Assembly (NCBI RefSeq): GCF_009914755.1
Contig: NC_060932.1
Strand: one strand, 5' to 3'
DNA: 64,000 bases
Source of the DNA: the human T2T-CHM13v2.0 reference genome, Homo sapiens
The translations under genes and the position numbers were made by a program. A model generated the notes under the pieces. That model did no database searches. It had not been told where the DNA came from and was given only the letters and a program-made list of their open reading frames with translations. Positions 14,656 to 36,089 of the stretch are shown here, in pieces. Numbering within the stretch: the first letter of the stretch is position 1; each line of letters begins with the position of its first letter.

Positions 14656-15109
14656 TGTTAGATATGAGTTCTAAATTTCTCTTCAAAGAATCAATATGTC
14701 AGTAGGTTCAATTCTTTGCCTTCTACTTTTAAACTTAACTTCCTCATAAAGCAACCTTTTCTGATTACCTGCTCCATCCTGACTCATTCCGATTTCCTGC
14801 TCTGCCATAACCATTTTTCCCACCAAACCACTCACCCCGTCACTATCTTCAAATTAGTCAGCCGGAATTAGTTTAGCCTGTGCTGTCTAACCTTAGCCAA
14901 CAGGGGAACTACACAGCAGCAGGGGCCACGTGCATCAGGAATAAGACCCCCTTTTCGAAACTCCCTTGTCCAGGTGTGCATTCACCATTGCTCCATCTGT
15001 GAGGTTGCACCCTTCTATAGAAGTAAACTGCCTTGCTGAGAAGAAAAAAAAGAAAATTTTCTATTCGAGTGCTATTTCTTCTGTGGCACCAAAAACTTTA
15101 TTTATAACA
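14656..15109 (+). mobile_element. LTR10 (LTR10A/F-like, HERV-I) solo LTR
   Basis: tgttagatatgagttctaaatttctcttcaaag...ctttatttataaca; perfect 4-bp TSD ggca (14652-14655, 15110-15113). Confidence 0.88.
14780..14786. promoter_or_regulatory. AP-1 motif TGACTCA in the LTR10 repeat unit
   Basis: Exact TGACTCA within gattacctgctccatcctgactcattccgatt; activity unknown. Confidence 0.5.
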
Positions 15110-15337
15110 GGCAGATAGTGAGGGTACAGAAGTGCTTAGTAAGGTTTTCCTTTTAATGAAGAGCAGCCCCAAATCATTTTTCTTTCTAACAAAGAGCAGC
15201 CTGTAAAATGGAGCTGTAGACATAGATGCTGGCAGTTGTGCCAACCGTGTTCAAAATGGCAGCTCCATCTTGCATTCTCCACCAGCTACCTGTACAGTAA
15301 GGAGCAGACAAGATGGCTCTGGCCAAGGGGAAAGTTC

Positions 15338-15345
15338 ATTTGCAT
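15338..15345. promoter_or_regulatory. Octamer motif ATTTGCAT in LTR9
   Basis: Exact octamer followed by aataag (OCT-SOX-like arrangement); activity unknown. Confidence 0.5.
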
Positions 15346-16339
15346 AATAAGATTAGGGTGAGGCAGCCAGCCTTCCCCAGTGCCCTATGTAAACGTCATA
15401 CCTGATTAAACCAATTTCTGAGCCCTAAGTAAATCAAACACTGCCTCCCCAAGCCAGACTATAAAATCTGGTGCATCCACCACCAGCAGGCTGCCTTTTA
15501 CCCTCGGAACTCCCCTCTCTGTCACTAGAGAGCTATTTTCCTTTCTCTTGCCTATTAAACCTCTGCTCCTAAATTTTCCTGGCACAAGATGATGAAACCT
15601 GGGTATTTATCATAGACAATGTAGCTGCTTCAGTAATGGATAGTAAAGACAGGAAAATTAAGGCAAAATTTATTGTCTTCCAGTGAAACAAATATCACTA
15701 GTGCTACGACATTTCTGCCAGAAGCAATGGCAACTTTGAAAGACCTTTTCATTGGCTTGCTGGAAAACTAACTGACAATGCTTACCAGAAGTGCCTTGCT
15801 GTGTTTGTTCTGGTCCTACCAGAGGTTGCCATGGATCTACCTCTGGAAACTCATGAAGCACATGACTTAGTGTGGCTCTGACAACTGTTCTCCTGAGGGG
15901 AATGATACCCTGCAAGAGAAGGTGAAGTCAGAAGCCTACTTTCATAGGTGCTTGTTCTCTGATGTCTGAGATGCAGCGTTCTCTGATGTCTGAGATCCCA
16001 TTTTATTATATGGCCAACCAGACTGTGAGCTCAAACTTTGGGATGCTAAAGGGAATGAATGTGGCAGTTTAAAAAAAAATACCTTTATATTTTAGACCTC
16101 CATATTTGGCTGCTTAGATCCCAGTTGTTTCCTTCCTGAGTTTCAAATGTAAGAATGCTATAGTCACAACACACTCAGACACAAAATCACTGGGTTTCGA
16201 TTTTTCTTCTGGAATTGGGACATACATGAGTGAATAAAATATCCCTGGGAAAAACTCTAAATATCCAACAAACTAGTAAATCAAGATATAACAACACATT
16301 ATTAAAAATTTAAAATATATAAAAAATACTGTAGTAAAC

Positions 16340-16560
16340 TGATAAAAAGCAGAATACAAATTAAATATACATATAGTCACAATTATAGTTCAAAATTAAA
16401 AAATAAGCCAGGCACAGTGGCTCATGTCTGTAATCCCAGCACTTAAACCTAATGGGAAATACGTTTTAAACAGTTAACATGGGATTATAAGTAGTTTTCT
16501 TCTTCTTCTGTGCATGTGTGTATTTAATTTGATAACATTTTATTGTAATGGAGGAAAAGT
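16340..16560 (+). mobile_element. Ancient L1ME 3' remnant containing an approximately 38-bp Alu head (16406-16444)
   Basis: aaaagcagaatacaaa...gggaaatacg...gggattata; Alu stub gccaggcacagtggctcatgtctgtaatcccagcactt. Confidence 0.5.
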
Positions 16561-17314
16561 AAACTGAATTGACTAAAAATCATCAAGCATTAAAAATTCC
16601 TTGAAAATTAAAGGAAGCATAAAAATAGCCTATGATCATTAGATTACTGGCAAATATTTATAAAATAAGACATTGATGTATCACTTATCTACATTATGAA
16701 AAACAATTACATGACAAACGCATCATTTTAAGATGATTCTGTATCAATAGGATTTCAAAATATGGCTTCCAGTACTTCCCAAAACTTTCAAGATCATCAA
16801 AAACAAAGAAAGTCTGAGAAACTCTCACAGTTTCAAAGCAACACAATTGTGCAATACCGTTCCTATCCTCTTTTGGTTTATTTCTCTAATAAGAGCCAGT
16901 TATTTCTGTGTCTTTGGCCATAGCTGTATAAAGCTAATTAATAATTTTGGTGGATGTATTTACTATTCTAACCCTCCTCCCCCAAATATTTTCTCAGTCT
17001 GAATTAAGGCAATTATTTTATTGGAAAAAAATAGTTCTAATAGCTGGCTCAGTGTCCCTGGCCTGATTATTGTGATTATAAGCTATTTACTGAAATTAAA
17101 TGCTATTGGCTACATGCTGGCTGTGTTACACAGTGTTCAAACTTTTTGTCTTCTATTTGCATCTATTTTTGCAAGAGAAAAGAATTATTCTAGTCTATAT
17201 TTAAAAACTAATCCAATAGATTTTCTGCAAAGCTCTCTTCAGTACATAAATTTTAAAAATCTCTATCCTTTTTTCCTACACTGTTTTTCCTTCCATTCAC
17301 TCATTTATTCCACA

Positions 17315-18700
17315 GGTATTTTTATTTTAGAGCAGTTTGAAATTTACAGGAAAAAATTGCAGTTGATAGAGTTCCCACATATCCTACAGCCAATTTTCTC
17401 TATTATTGGCATCTTACATTAGTATGGTGTATTAGTTATAATTAATAAATTAATGCTGATAAATTATTAACTAAAGTTTATACCTAATGCCTATTTATTT
17501 AGTTTTTTTTTAAACAAAATATCCTTTTTCTATTCCAGGATCCCAACTACAATACGACGTTGCATTTAATCATAATATCTCCTTAGGTTCCTCTTGGCTG
17601 TGACAGTTTCTCAGACTTCCCTTGTTTTTGATGATCTTGAAAGTTTTGAGAAGTACTGAACGGGTATTTTGTAGAATTTTCCTCCCTTGGGATTTATCTG
17701 ATTTTTTTTTTTTATGTTCTAACTAGACTGTGGTTGTGTGTTTTCAGGGGGAATATCACAGAAGTGAAGTGCAATTCTCATCATGTCATATCAAGAGCAC
17801 ACACTAACAAACAACATGACTTATTGCTGAATATTGAACTTGATCACCTGGCTGAGGTAGTGTTTGCCAGATTTCTCTGTAAAGGTACTGTTTTTACCTC
17901 CATTCTATATTGTACTCCTTCAAAAGAAATCGCCAACCACAGTTCATACTTAAGGGGTGGGGAGGTTATGATCTATTTATTTGAGGACAGAACATCTCCA
18001 TAAATTATTTGGATTCTTCTGCATGGAAGATTTGTCTACTCTCACCAATTTACTAATTCATTCAACTATTTATATCCGTATGGACTCATGGATATTTATT
18101 TTATACTTTGGGTTATAATCTAATACCACTTTACTTATTTTGTTGCTCAAATTGCTGTGGCTTTGGCCACTGGGGGCTCTTTCAGTTGATTCTCATGTTT
18201 GTTTGATATGCCCTCATGCATGTGGAGTTGTTGTATTTTATTTGAGCACTGCCTTATTTTTTTGGTACTAAAGGATGTTCCAGGATCATCACAGATATAT
18301 TCTGCCCCAGTCTTAGAATCAGCCCATTTTCCAAGGAACCCTAACTCCATTTATTCGAGAAAGGTATTAAAACCTGAATATGGGTGCTAGATGTGCTTGT
18401 TATTCCTGGGGTGTTGTTGCTTCCAGACCCTTTCAGTTGAGAGAGCAAGGAAATCTATGTGTATATAAACATATTTATAAATATTTCTATATGTAACTGT
18501 ATGTTATGCTGAACGTGAGTTTATAAAGGTGTTTTCAATTCTAATCTATTAGAATGCTTTTAGTTCTAATCTGGCCTCTTCCCCTTGCTTACCTGTAAAC
18601 TCTCACCCCAGTAATGAGAAGCCTAGATGTTTCCATTCACCACATATTTACTTAATTGTTCATTTCCAAGATAGATGTGCAGTGGTATCAGAACTGTTAT
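17315..18700 (-). mobile_element. L1MC/L1MD-type long 3' UTR
   Basis: ttttagagcagtttgaaatttacagg tail; ctgtgacagtttctcagactt; cttgatcacctggctgaggtagtgtttgccag. Confidence 0.8.
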
Positions 18701-19434
18701 ACCTTACACAGGCATTTATTTTTGAGTGGAGTTTTTGATAATCAATTGCCTGAATCTGGGCTAAATATATGTATTTTTTAATCATCTTCATTTGTTAAAT
18801 TTCATTATCTCTACCTCACAATTTAAACATTCCTATGAGTACAAACATAAAGATTATGTTTGCAACTGGAAAACATAATTTTAACACTCTCTTCCTCTCC
18901 TGTTTTAAATATGATGAAACTTGAGTTCAAAGAAGTACATACTCAAGTTCACACATGAGTAACAGTTATAGGGTGATGTCCCTTGATAGATATCTATGTT
19001 AAAATGGTAGCACACCAGTTATACCTGATCCACCATCTTTAAATTTCCTTTAAAAGACCATAAAAATACATATTAAAAAATACAATAAAAGAAAAAATAT
19101 AAATAGAAATTGTGTTGATTGTAGCCCCCAAAAAATCAAAGAAATGCCCTAGACTTTTCTTTACCTATGCAGATAGACCAGAAGAAGATAAGAAAATATT
19201 TGGTTTATCTTCTCTGCTCATCCTAACTCTATAATAAAGGAGCATCAGTGTCTAAAAATATTGAGATGTTTACACAGCAATAAAATTATCAATAAAAAGG
19301 TTGAAGGCAGTAAAAAATAAATAATTAATGAGATGCCTGAATGCAGAGCATAGGGAGAAAAGACATTGTGACAGAGAAGTTGTTGACATGGAAATTAGAG
19401 GATGGATATTTTACCTGTATAAGAAATCAAAACA

Positions 19435-19712
19435 GGCTGGGCATGGTGGCTCATGCCTGTAATCCCAGTGCTTTGGGAGGCTGAGGTGGGAGGATCACAT
19501 GAGCCCAGGAGTTGAAGAACAGCCTAGGGAAAATAGTGAGACGCTGTCTCTACAACAACAACAAGCACCAGCTGTGCAAGGTAAGAGGCTGAGGTGGGAT
19601 GATCATTTGAGCCCAGGATGTCAAGGCTGTAGTGAGCTATGTTCACACCACTGCATTCCAGCCTGGGTGACAGAGCAAGACACTTATGTGTGTCTCAGAA
19701 AAAGAAAAATGA
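19435..19712 (+). mobile_element. AluJ with a small internal deletion
   Basis: Dimeric; J diagnostics (ggatcacatgagcccagg, aaggctgtagtgagctat); start of right monomer shortened. Confidence 0.9.
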
Positions 19713-20159
19713 ATGAAAACAAAGAGAGCAAAGAAAATCACATTTTTCAAGTCCTGAGCAGTGTAACTGAAGTAAAAGATATAGTGACTGGAATTATAAT
19801 TTACCTAGAAAATAATTGACTACCTGGAAATGCAAACACACACACACACACACAAGGTCCTAGAATGCCTAAGAAAGCAGTGCACCTTACTACAATTACA
19901 AAGATACGAAGGTATGATCTTTATTAGTATAATAATAACCAGTTAGAAAGCACAATGGAAAAGTATTCCAGTGCCTATGGTGTTAGGGAACTGCTCACAT
20001 ATTCAAGAGAAATGCACAGATACCAAAGCAGAAAGAACAATAAACAGGAGTCCTCATGGTCAAAAGATTAGAAGACGTAGCTTTCAATGGGAGGAGGTTT
20101 TGTACCACAATGCAGCACTTTTCTTCTTTCTGTGCTGCCTTGAGGGAAGGCAGTGGTAA

Positions 20160-20590
20160 TACTAATCGTTAACACATAATGGTTCTTATGAGGTGGACAC
20201 TGTTGTAAATGCTACGTACATATTAATATACTTAGCCTTACTGTAGACTTAACCCTATAAGTTTAAGAAGCTAGGTGAACCCTACACGGGTTTAACCAAA
20301 GAAATCCAAATCAAGACACAATGTAATTAAACTTCTGAAAACTAAAGACAAAGAAAAAATACGGAAAGCAACCGGAATAAAATGATCTTAGATTCCCCTT
20401 ACCTACAGGGAAAACAAAAACTATTTGTATGACAGCAGATTTCTCTTCAGTTAATACTCATATTATTTTCATTTTGTAGGTGAATAAACTGACACTGGAA
20501 CATTCAGGAACTTCTTCATGGTCATGGTCACCCAGCTAGAGTGTGGAAGCCAGGCTGTCTGATTCCAGGATCTGTGTTCTTAATCCTATA
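20160..20590 (-). mobile_element. MIR interrupted by an L1 ORF1 fragment (about 20245-20450, +)
   Basis: MIR halves ...acactgttgtaaatgct... and attttgtaggtgaataaactgac...ccaggctgtctgattccag flank aattaaacttctgaaaactaaagacaaagaaaaaat...cagatttctc. Confidence 0.6.
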
Positions 20591-20959
20591 CATAAGGAAG
20601 CCATAATGAGTCAACCACTATTTTTAAGATTCACAGATGTTCGGGTCCAATTCACCAGAATGCCAAGTTATACAGGGTTGTGGAATCAAAAACTGCAATT
20701 AGTAATAAAATGTGATGCTATCTAGAATGTTTTTCATACATATATATGCTTCTTGGGACTCTCCCTGCAGGTTAAGAGAAATTGAGAAACGATGGAGAAT
20801 TTAAGTGTTTTAGATCCTACATACATTAGACTTAAAAATAGTAACTATGTACATGAGTATTTGTAAACTTAAGAATGAACATAACATGAACCATGTGGCA
20901 CCTATAAAATGAAAATAAAATACCTACAAACCAAATGAGAGCAATAAAAGAAGCTTTAA

Positions 20960-25975
<5,016 letters not shown>

Positions 25976-26039
25976 AAGGATTAAACATTACATAGCATAC
26001 ACTTGAGTAAAAGACAAAATCTGGCTAAGGATTATTTTT

Positions 26040-26320
26040 GTCCTAAGTAATATGTGGATTTTGTACAACATAAATCACAATCCCCTAAAATCTATATTGT
26101 AAATTGATAAAATGTAAAACCTGTGTATTACAGAATAAAAGATGAACAAAAATTACAAAACACTAAGAAATACCCTAGTGCCCCAATGTATCAGTAGACA
26201 AACACATGGACAGATAGTTTGCAAAAGGGGAAGTACATATGGTGAATAAACATTATGAGATGTCTAATATTGTTAGCTATCAATGAAACATGAAATAAAA
26301 TGATGACATTGCACACATCT
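26040..26320 (+). mobile_element. Ancient L1ME ORF2 remnant
   Basis: catggacagatagtttgcaaaagggg aagtacatatggtgaataaacat resembles the L1 ORF2 C-terminal region. Confidence 0.45.
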
Positions 26321-26921
26321 CAAGTCTCTGGCAGAGCACAGACCAAACTGAAATTTCCCACTTCACCTGGAATTTAACTTGCTTAATCATTTTTCCTCAA
26401 TCTAAGTAAATTCGTAACTATTCTTTCTAAATACATTCACTAGAATAATCGACAAGACACTGTACATCTCTTGACTTCTTGACCTGCAGCTTCCTGATTG
26501 CCCTCTTGGCCTTACTTAGAAAATACCCACTAGCATCCTACTATTAGTATAATTCTCAAGTCTCTCCCTGGAAATAATAACAGTCTAGGAAAAGGGCCTA
26601 CAACATAAACCTCAGAGGGGTTACAGATTTTTGTGAGAAATGATATCTTCATGGGGCACACCCCACTCACAAGCACTGGGTGTGACACTCCCAGGACCCT
26701 TGGGAGTGGTGGTTCTCTGCAGCTACAGACTGATATTACAAAGATAGGGCAACCTCATAGGGAAACCTCATGGGTTTCCGAGCCTTGAATGTGCCTCATA
26801 GTTTTATTTCTTCTAAGATATGTTTCTACTGGATTGAGTTATTGTCAGTCTTCACAATTTCTCTTCATTCAATGGAAAATTTGAAAAAGAATTAGGTGTT
26901 TGGTCTGAGACTGGGAAGTGG

Positions 26922-27460
26922 ACAGGCCTGGCCCTGACATTTATGGGATCTACTCAAGGGTATAGAAGGAGACACACACTATGAGCAGTGAAACCCTGAA
27001 GCCAAGCCAACCAATTCCTGTTTACAACTTGCGCAGACCTCCCAACTCTGCTTATATCACCCGTTCCAGGTTAGAAGGCCAGATTCAAACAGAATTCCTG
27101 CAGAAATTCCTATAGATTCTCTCAAATCCTCAGCCAGAATATGGCAGCATTGAGAGAGCTGATCCCCTTTTGCCCACACCCCAGACTTCAGCTGGCAGCT
27201 GTCCCTTCTGTTTCCTTCCTGGGTTCTATCTTGTACTACAAGGGACCTCACAAACATGTATGTGGACACCCCAGCCATTGAGCTCTGTATTCATCTCACT
27301 AGGAGCCAATCTTAGGCCACCGTTCCTTGGGTTTTGGAATAGGCATATCAGCTTTGGGATCTGCTCTTTGGAAGTAGAGCTTTGTGAAGAGCCTGCACAT
27401 GCCCAGAAGTGAAGCCAGGGCTGTTTTGGGCAAAGAATTCTGAGGATCCAGGGCCCAGAC
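26922..27460. mobile_element. Possible ancient hAT-Tip100-type (MamTip-like) DNA transposon remnant
   Basis: Starts caggcctggccctgacattt; ggttagaaggccagattc...gccagaatatggcagc resembles recalled consensus; weak. Confidence 0.3.
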
Positions 27461-28329
27461 CATGAAAGGCATGGTAAGTTCTCTGAGTGAACAAAGATCT
27501 CTTTGGCCCCACCACTCTGCCCTGTGGAGAAGAGCTCAGCTAGAGAGTACAGTGAGGCTGTCAGAAGTATAAGGCCCAGGACAACGGGATGTTTAATGCC
27601 AGACATAGAGGTAATTGTCTGCAAAAGTGGAAAATTTTCTAATTTACCAATTGACCTATTATTCAATAATTAACAAGGAATTCAATTCATTTTATTCCCA
27701 TCCATCCACATCAAATGGTCTTAATGAATCATTGTGCATATCTTCTCAGCATCTTAGGCATTCATAGGGAAGGAGAGATAGATATAAAGATTTGGTGGGT
27801 ACTCCTTTTATGTTTTGAGGAATGACAAAGGGGATATAGAGATCGGAGTTTGGAGGTAGAATACAGCTCCACTTCTCTCTGTTGCAATATAATGGAATGT
27901 ACCATACTGCTAAGATGGTCCCCCAGATGTTCACCTTTTATTTATGCCATATATCTTACTCAAAATTATTTGAGGCAACATTTCATTACAATTTAACTTT
28001 GTCCTTTTAAGCTTTTGTCATGACAAAAAGTACTTTCACGTATAACATTTCATTTTACTCTAGTATAATAGATTGCATTCAAGAGTTACTTTCTAATTTC
28101 TAATTTTTGGTTCATTAATAATAAACAACTTTACATATTGAGTAATTTTTATGCATCAGGTACAATGTTACATGCTGGGAATATAATAGTGAGTAAACAA
28201 GATAGACTATAAATTCAATGAAGACAGAATTGCGTCTATTGGAAAACACACTCCCAAAAAATCAGGAAAAAATTTCAAACAATTATTAATTTTAATAAAT
28301 AGCTTTAAGGGGGGAAAATACAAAAGAAC

Positions 28330-31845
<3,516 letters not shown>

Positions 31846-32311
31846 ATGCAGAATATATAGCTACATAGGACTTTTAGCTCTATTTCAGGTAAATTTAAGA
31901 AGCCTTTTCTGACCACTCTATTAAAATTAACAATCGTTATTTCAGCACTCTTCCTCTCCTTCTCACTTTTCTCATACACACACATATGATCAGCTAACTT
32001 TTGATTTTTGCTCTCTCATATGTAAGCTCTATGAGAATAGGGACTGCTGCGTTTTTATTGTAATGGTTTCTACTCATTTTTTCTGGGACTGAAATAATGC
32101 CTGGCACACAGTACAGTAGTTCCCTCCCCCCTTATCCACAGAGGATATGTTCCAAGACCTACAATGGATGCCTAAATTACACATGATACCAAACCCTATA
32201 TACAGACAGTCCCCAACTATAATGGTTCAAATTAAGATTTTTCAACTTTACAATGGTAAAAGCATATGCATTCAATAGAAACTGTACTTTAAGGACCTAT
32301 ACAACCATTCA

Positions 32312-34545
32312 TTTTTTGAATTTCAACTTTTGGCTACAGGGAGTACATGTGCAAGTTTGTTACATGGGTATATTGCATGATGCTGAGGTCCGGGGTACAG
32401 ATCCTGTCACCCAGGTAGTGAGCATAGTACCTGATAAGTACTATCAGATAGATTCATTAAAGAACTCAAAGCATGTTTATCATTTGATCCAGCAATCCCA
32501 CTACTGGCTACCTATCCAAAGGAAAATAAGTCATTATATGAAAAAGACACATGCACACATGTTATTGCAGCTCGATTCATAGTTGCAAAGATATGGAGTC
32601 AACCCAAGTGCCCATCAACCAATGAGTAGATAAAATGTAGAATATACCCACCATGGAATACTACTCAACCATAAAAAAAAATGAAATGTATTTTGCAACA
32701 ACTTGGATGGAGCTCCAGGCTATTATGCTAAGTGAAGTAACTCAGGAATGGAAAACAAAACACCATATGTTCTCATTTATAAGCTAAGCTATGAGTACCA
32801 AAAGGCATACAGAGTGTTGTAATGGACTTTGGAGACTCAGAAGTGGGAGAGTGGGAAGGAGGGTGGGAAGGGAGGTGTGAGATAAAAAAACTACATATTG
32901 GGTACAATGTATACTACTCTGGTGACAGGTGCACCAAAATCTCAGAATTCACCACTATATAATTCATTCATGTAACCAAAAACCACTTGTACCTCAAAAG
33001 CTATGAAATAAAAATAATTAAATAATAATATCTATTCTAAGTGGTATGAGATGGTATCTCATTGTGGTTTGATTTGCATTTCTGATAATGATGTAGCATT
33101 TTTTCATTCTTGTTGGACACTTCTTTTGAGAGTGTCTTTTCATGTTCTTTGACCATTTTTTCCTGGGGTTATTTGGTTTTTGCTTAAGTTCTTTATAGAT
33201 TCTAGATATCAGATCTTTGTCAGATGCATTGTTTGTGAATATTTTCTTCTATTCTGCAAGCATCTGTTTACTCTTGATAGTTTCTTTTGCTGTGCAAAAG
33301 CTCTTTAATTAGATCCCACTTGTCAATTTTTGTTTTTGTTGCAGTTGCTTTTGGGGGCTTAGCCAAAAATTATTTGCCAAGGCTGATGTCAAGAAGGGTA
33401 TTTCCTAGGTATTTTTCTAGCATTTTTATAGTTTGAGGTCTTACATTTAAATCTTTAGTCCATCGAGTTAATTTTTGCATATGGTGAAAGGGAAATATTA
33501 AGTTTTATTATTCTGCATGTGGCTAGCCAGTTATCCTAGCATCATTTGTAGAATTGGGAGTTCTTTCCCCATTGTTTGTTATTGTCACCTTTATTGAAGA
33601 TCAGATGGTTGTGTGTGTGTAGCTTTATTGCTGAGTCTTCTATTCCATTCCATTGGTCTATGTGTCTGTTTTTGTGCCAGTACCATGCTGATTTGGCTAC
33701 TGTAGACTTGTAGTATTGTTTGAAGTTGAATAGTGTGATGCCTCTGGTTTTGTTCTTTTTGCTTAGGATTGCCTTAGCTATTCAGGCATTTTGGTTTCAT
33801 ATGAATCTTAGAAAATTTTCCAGTTCTGTGAAAAACGACATTGGTGGTCTGATAGGAATAGCATTCAATCTGTAGATTACCTTGGGCAATACAGGCATTC
33901 TAAAGATATTGATTCTTCCTACTCATGAGCATAGAATTTTTCCAGTTATTTGTGTTATCTATGATTCCTTTTGGCAGTGTTTTGTAGTTCTCCTTGTAAA
34001 GATCTTTCAACTCTGGTTAGCTGTATTACTAGGTATTTCATTTTCTTTGTGGCTATTGTAAATGGGATTGTGTTCTTGATTTGACTTTCTGCCTGGATGT
34101 TACTGGTGTATAGAAATGCTATTGATTTTTATGCATTGATTTTGTGTCCTGAAACCTAATTTATTATAATAGTTCTAGAAGTCTTTAGGGTTTTCTAGAT
34201 ATATGATCATATTGTCAGTGAAGAGAAATAGTTTGACTACTTCGTTTCCTACCTGAATGCCTTGTATTTCTTTCTTTTACCTGATTGCTCTGGCTCGGAC
34301 TTCCAGTACTATGTTAAATGGGAGTGGTGAGAGTGGGCATCCTTGTATTTTTCCAGTTCTCAAGGGGAATGCCTCCAGCTTTTGCCCATTCAGTATGATA
34401 TTGGCTGTGGGTCTGATATAGATGACTCATTATTTTGAGGTATGTTCCTTTAATGCCTAGTCAATTGAGGGTCTTTTTTTTTTTTATCATGAAGGGATGT
34501 TGGATTTTATTGAAAGCTTTTTCTACATCTATTGAGATGATCATT
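32312..34545 (-). mobile_element. 5'-truncated L1PA15/16-like element, interrupted by an L1PB
   Basis: 3' end tacatgggtatattgcatgatgctgaggt...cacccaggtagtgagcatagtac; antisense ORF2 33030-34545; approximate TSD catt(c)attttt. Confidence 0.8.
32451..33030 (+). mobile_element. L1PB 3' end
   Basis: aagtcattatatgaaaaagacac; ctacatattgggtacaatgta..ggtgcaccaaaatctcagaattcaccact; A-rich tail. Confidence 0.85.
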
Positions 34546-35759
34546 ATTTTTTACTTGCAGTTACAGGATCCAATAAATTATGTGAGATATTCTATACTTT
34601 AGCATAAAATAAGCTTTCTATGAGATGATTTTGCCCAACTGTAGGCTAACATAAGTGTTCTGAGCACATTTAAGGTAAGCTAGACTAAGTTATGATATTA
34701 GTATGTCTACTAAATATAATTTTGACTTATGATATTTTCAACTTACGATAGGTTTATCAGAATGTAGCCCCATGATAAGTCAAGGAACAGCTGTATACTG
34801 TTTTGTTGTTGATCTGATAACCAAGAAAGCTACTAAGTGACTAACAGTAAGTAGCATACATAGCATGGATATGCTAGACAAAGGGATAACTCACGTCCCA
34901 GGCAGGATGAAACAGAACAGTGCAAGGTTTCATTACGCCACTCAGAATGGTGTGCAATTTAAGACTTACCAATTATTTCTGGAATTTTTCATTTGATATT
35001 TTTAGAACACAGTTGACTGCAGATAACTGAAATCATGGAAAGCAAAACAGCAGTTAAGGGAGACTGTTGTCAGTGCTTAGTAAATACTTGTTGAATAAAT
35101 AAATGAGGTCATAAGAAAAGGCTTTCTGAGAAATAAACATTTAAGCTGAGACCTAAATATGGAGCCAGTCGTGCAAGGAGGGGTGAAAAGAGAAGACTTT
35201 TCTAAGTGGAGGAAAGAGATACAAAGGCCCTGAGGCAGGGAAGAGACTGATGTACAAGGAACATAAGAAAGTCCATATGCTAGAAGCTTGTGTTGGGCAG
35301 TGGCTGGAGCTGAGGTTGGAGACATGAGTAGGACAAGGTTGTTCGGTGTCTCATAGGTTAAGGTAAAGATTGGATTTTATTGTAAATGAATTGGGAAGCG
35401 ATACAAGCAAAGCAGTAATATTGGGGTTTAAACATGATCACGCTGGTTTGTGTGTGTGAAACAATTAAAGGATGACAAAAGTATAACCATAGAGATCAGT
35501 TATAAGACTGTTGCAACAACAGTGATAATATTACCAGTATTTATTAAGCACTTACTCCTATCAGGTAGTAGTCTAAGTGCTTTAACAAAATTTTAGTTTA
35601 ATTAACTGGTAAATTTGATGCTTTTCAAATTGTTTTTTTCTTAAGCATTATTTTTCCATATTATAATCTACTTTAGTGTAATATCAGATACAGCAAAACA
35701 GTATCATTTTAAAATTTAATATGTTAATCTTTAATGGAACTCCAAAGAGAACACTATGA

Positions 35760-36089
<330 letters not shown>

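Larger units (their letters stand above)
14638..15632 (+). mobile_element. LTR9-family (HUERS-P3, LTR9B-like) solo LTR, split by LTR10
   Basis: TG..CA termini; ttaggca|gatagtgagggta, tttctaacaaagagcagcctg, ctataaaa, cctattaaac; TSD gcaa/gtaa (14634-14637, 15633-15636). Confidence 0.75.
32203..34793 (-). mobile_element. MER47A (Tigger MITE), split (32203-32311 and about 34545-34793)
   Basis: TA-flanked; ends cagacagtccccaact / taagtcaaggaacagctg; gattttgcccaactgtaggctaac. Confidence 0.78.
32114..35069 (-). mobile_element. MER44A (Tigger7 MITE), split (32114-32202 and 34794-35069)
   Basis: After TA, TIR cagtagttccc..cttatcc; other end taagggagactgttg; internal gatctgataacc..ctactaagtgactaac. 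Confidence 0.8.
31885..35106 (+). mobile_element. L2a 3' end split by MER44A
   Basis: tgtaagctctatgagaataggg...tgcctggcacacagta | cagtgcttagtaaatacttgttgaataaataaatga. Confidence 0.7.
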
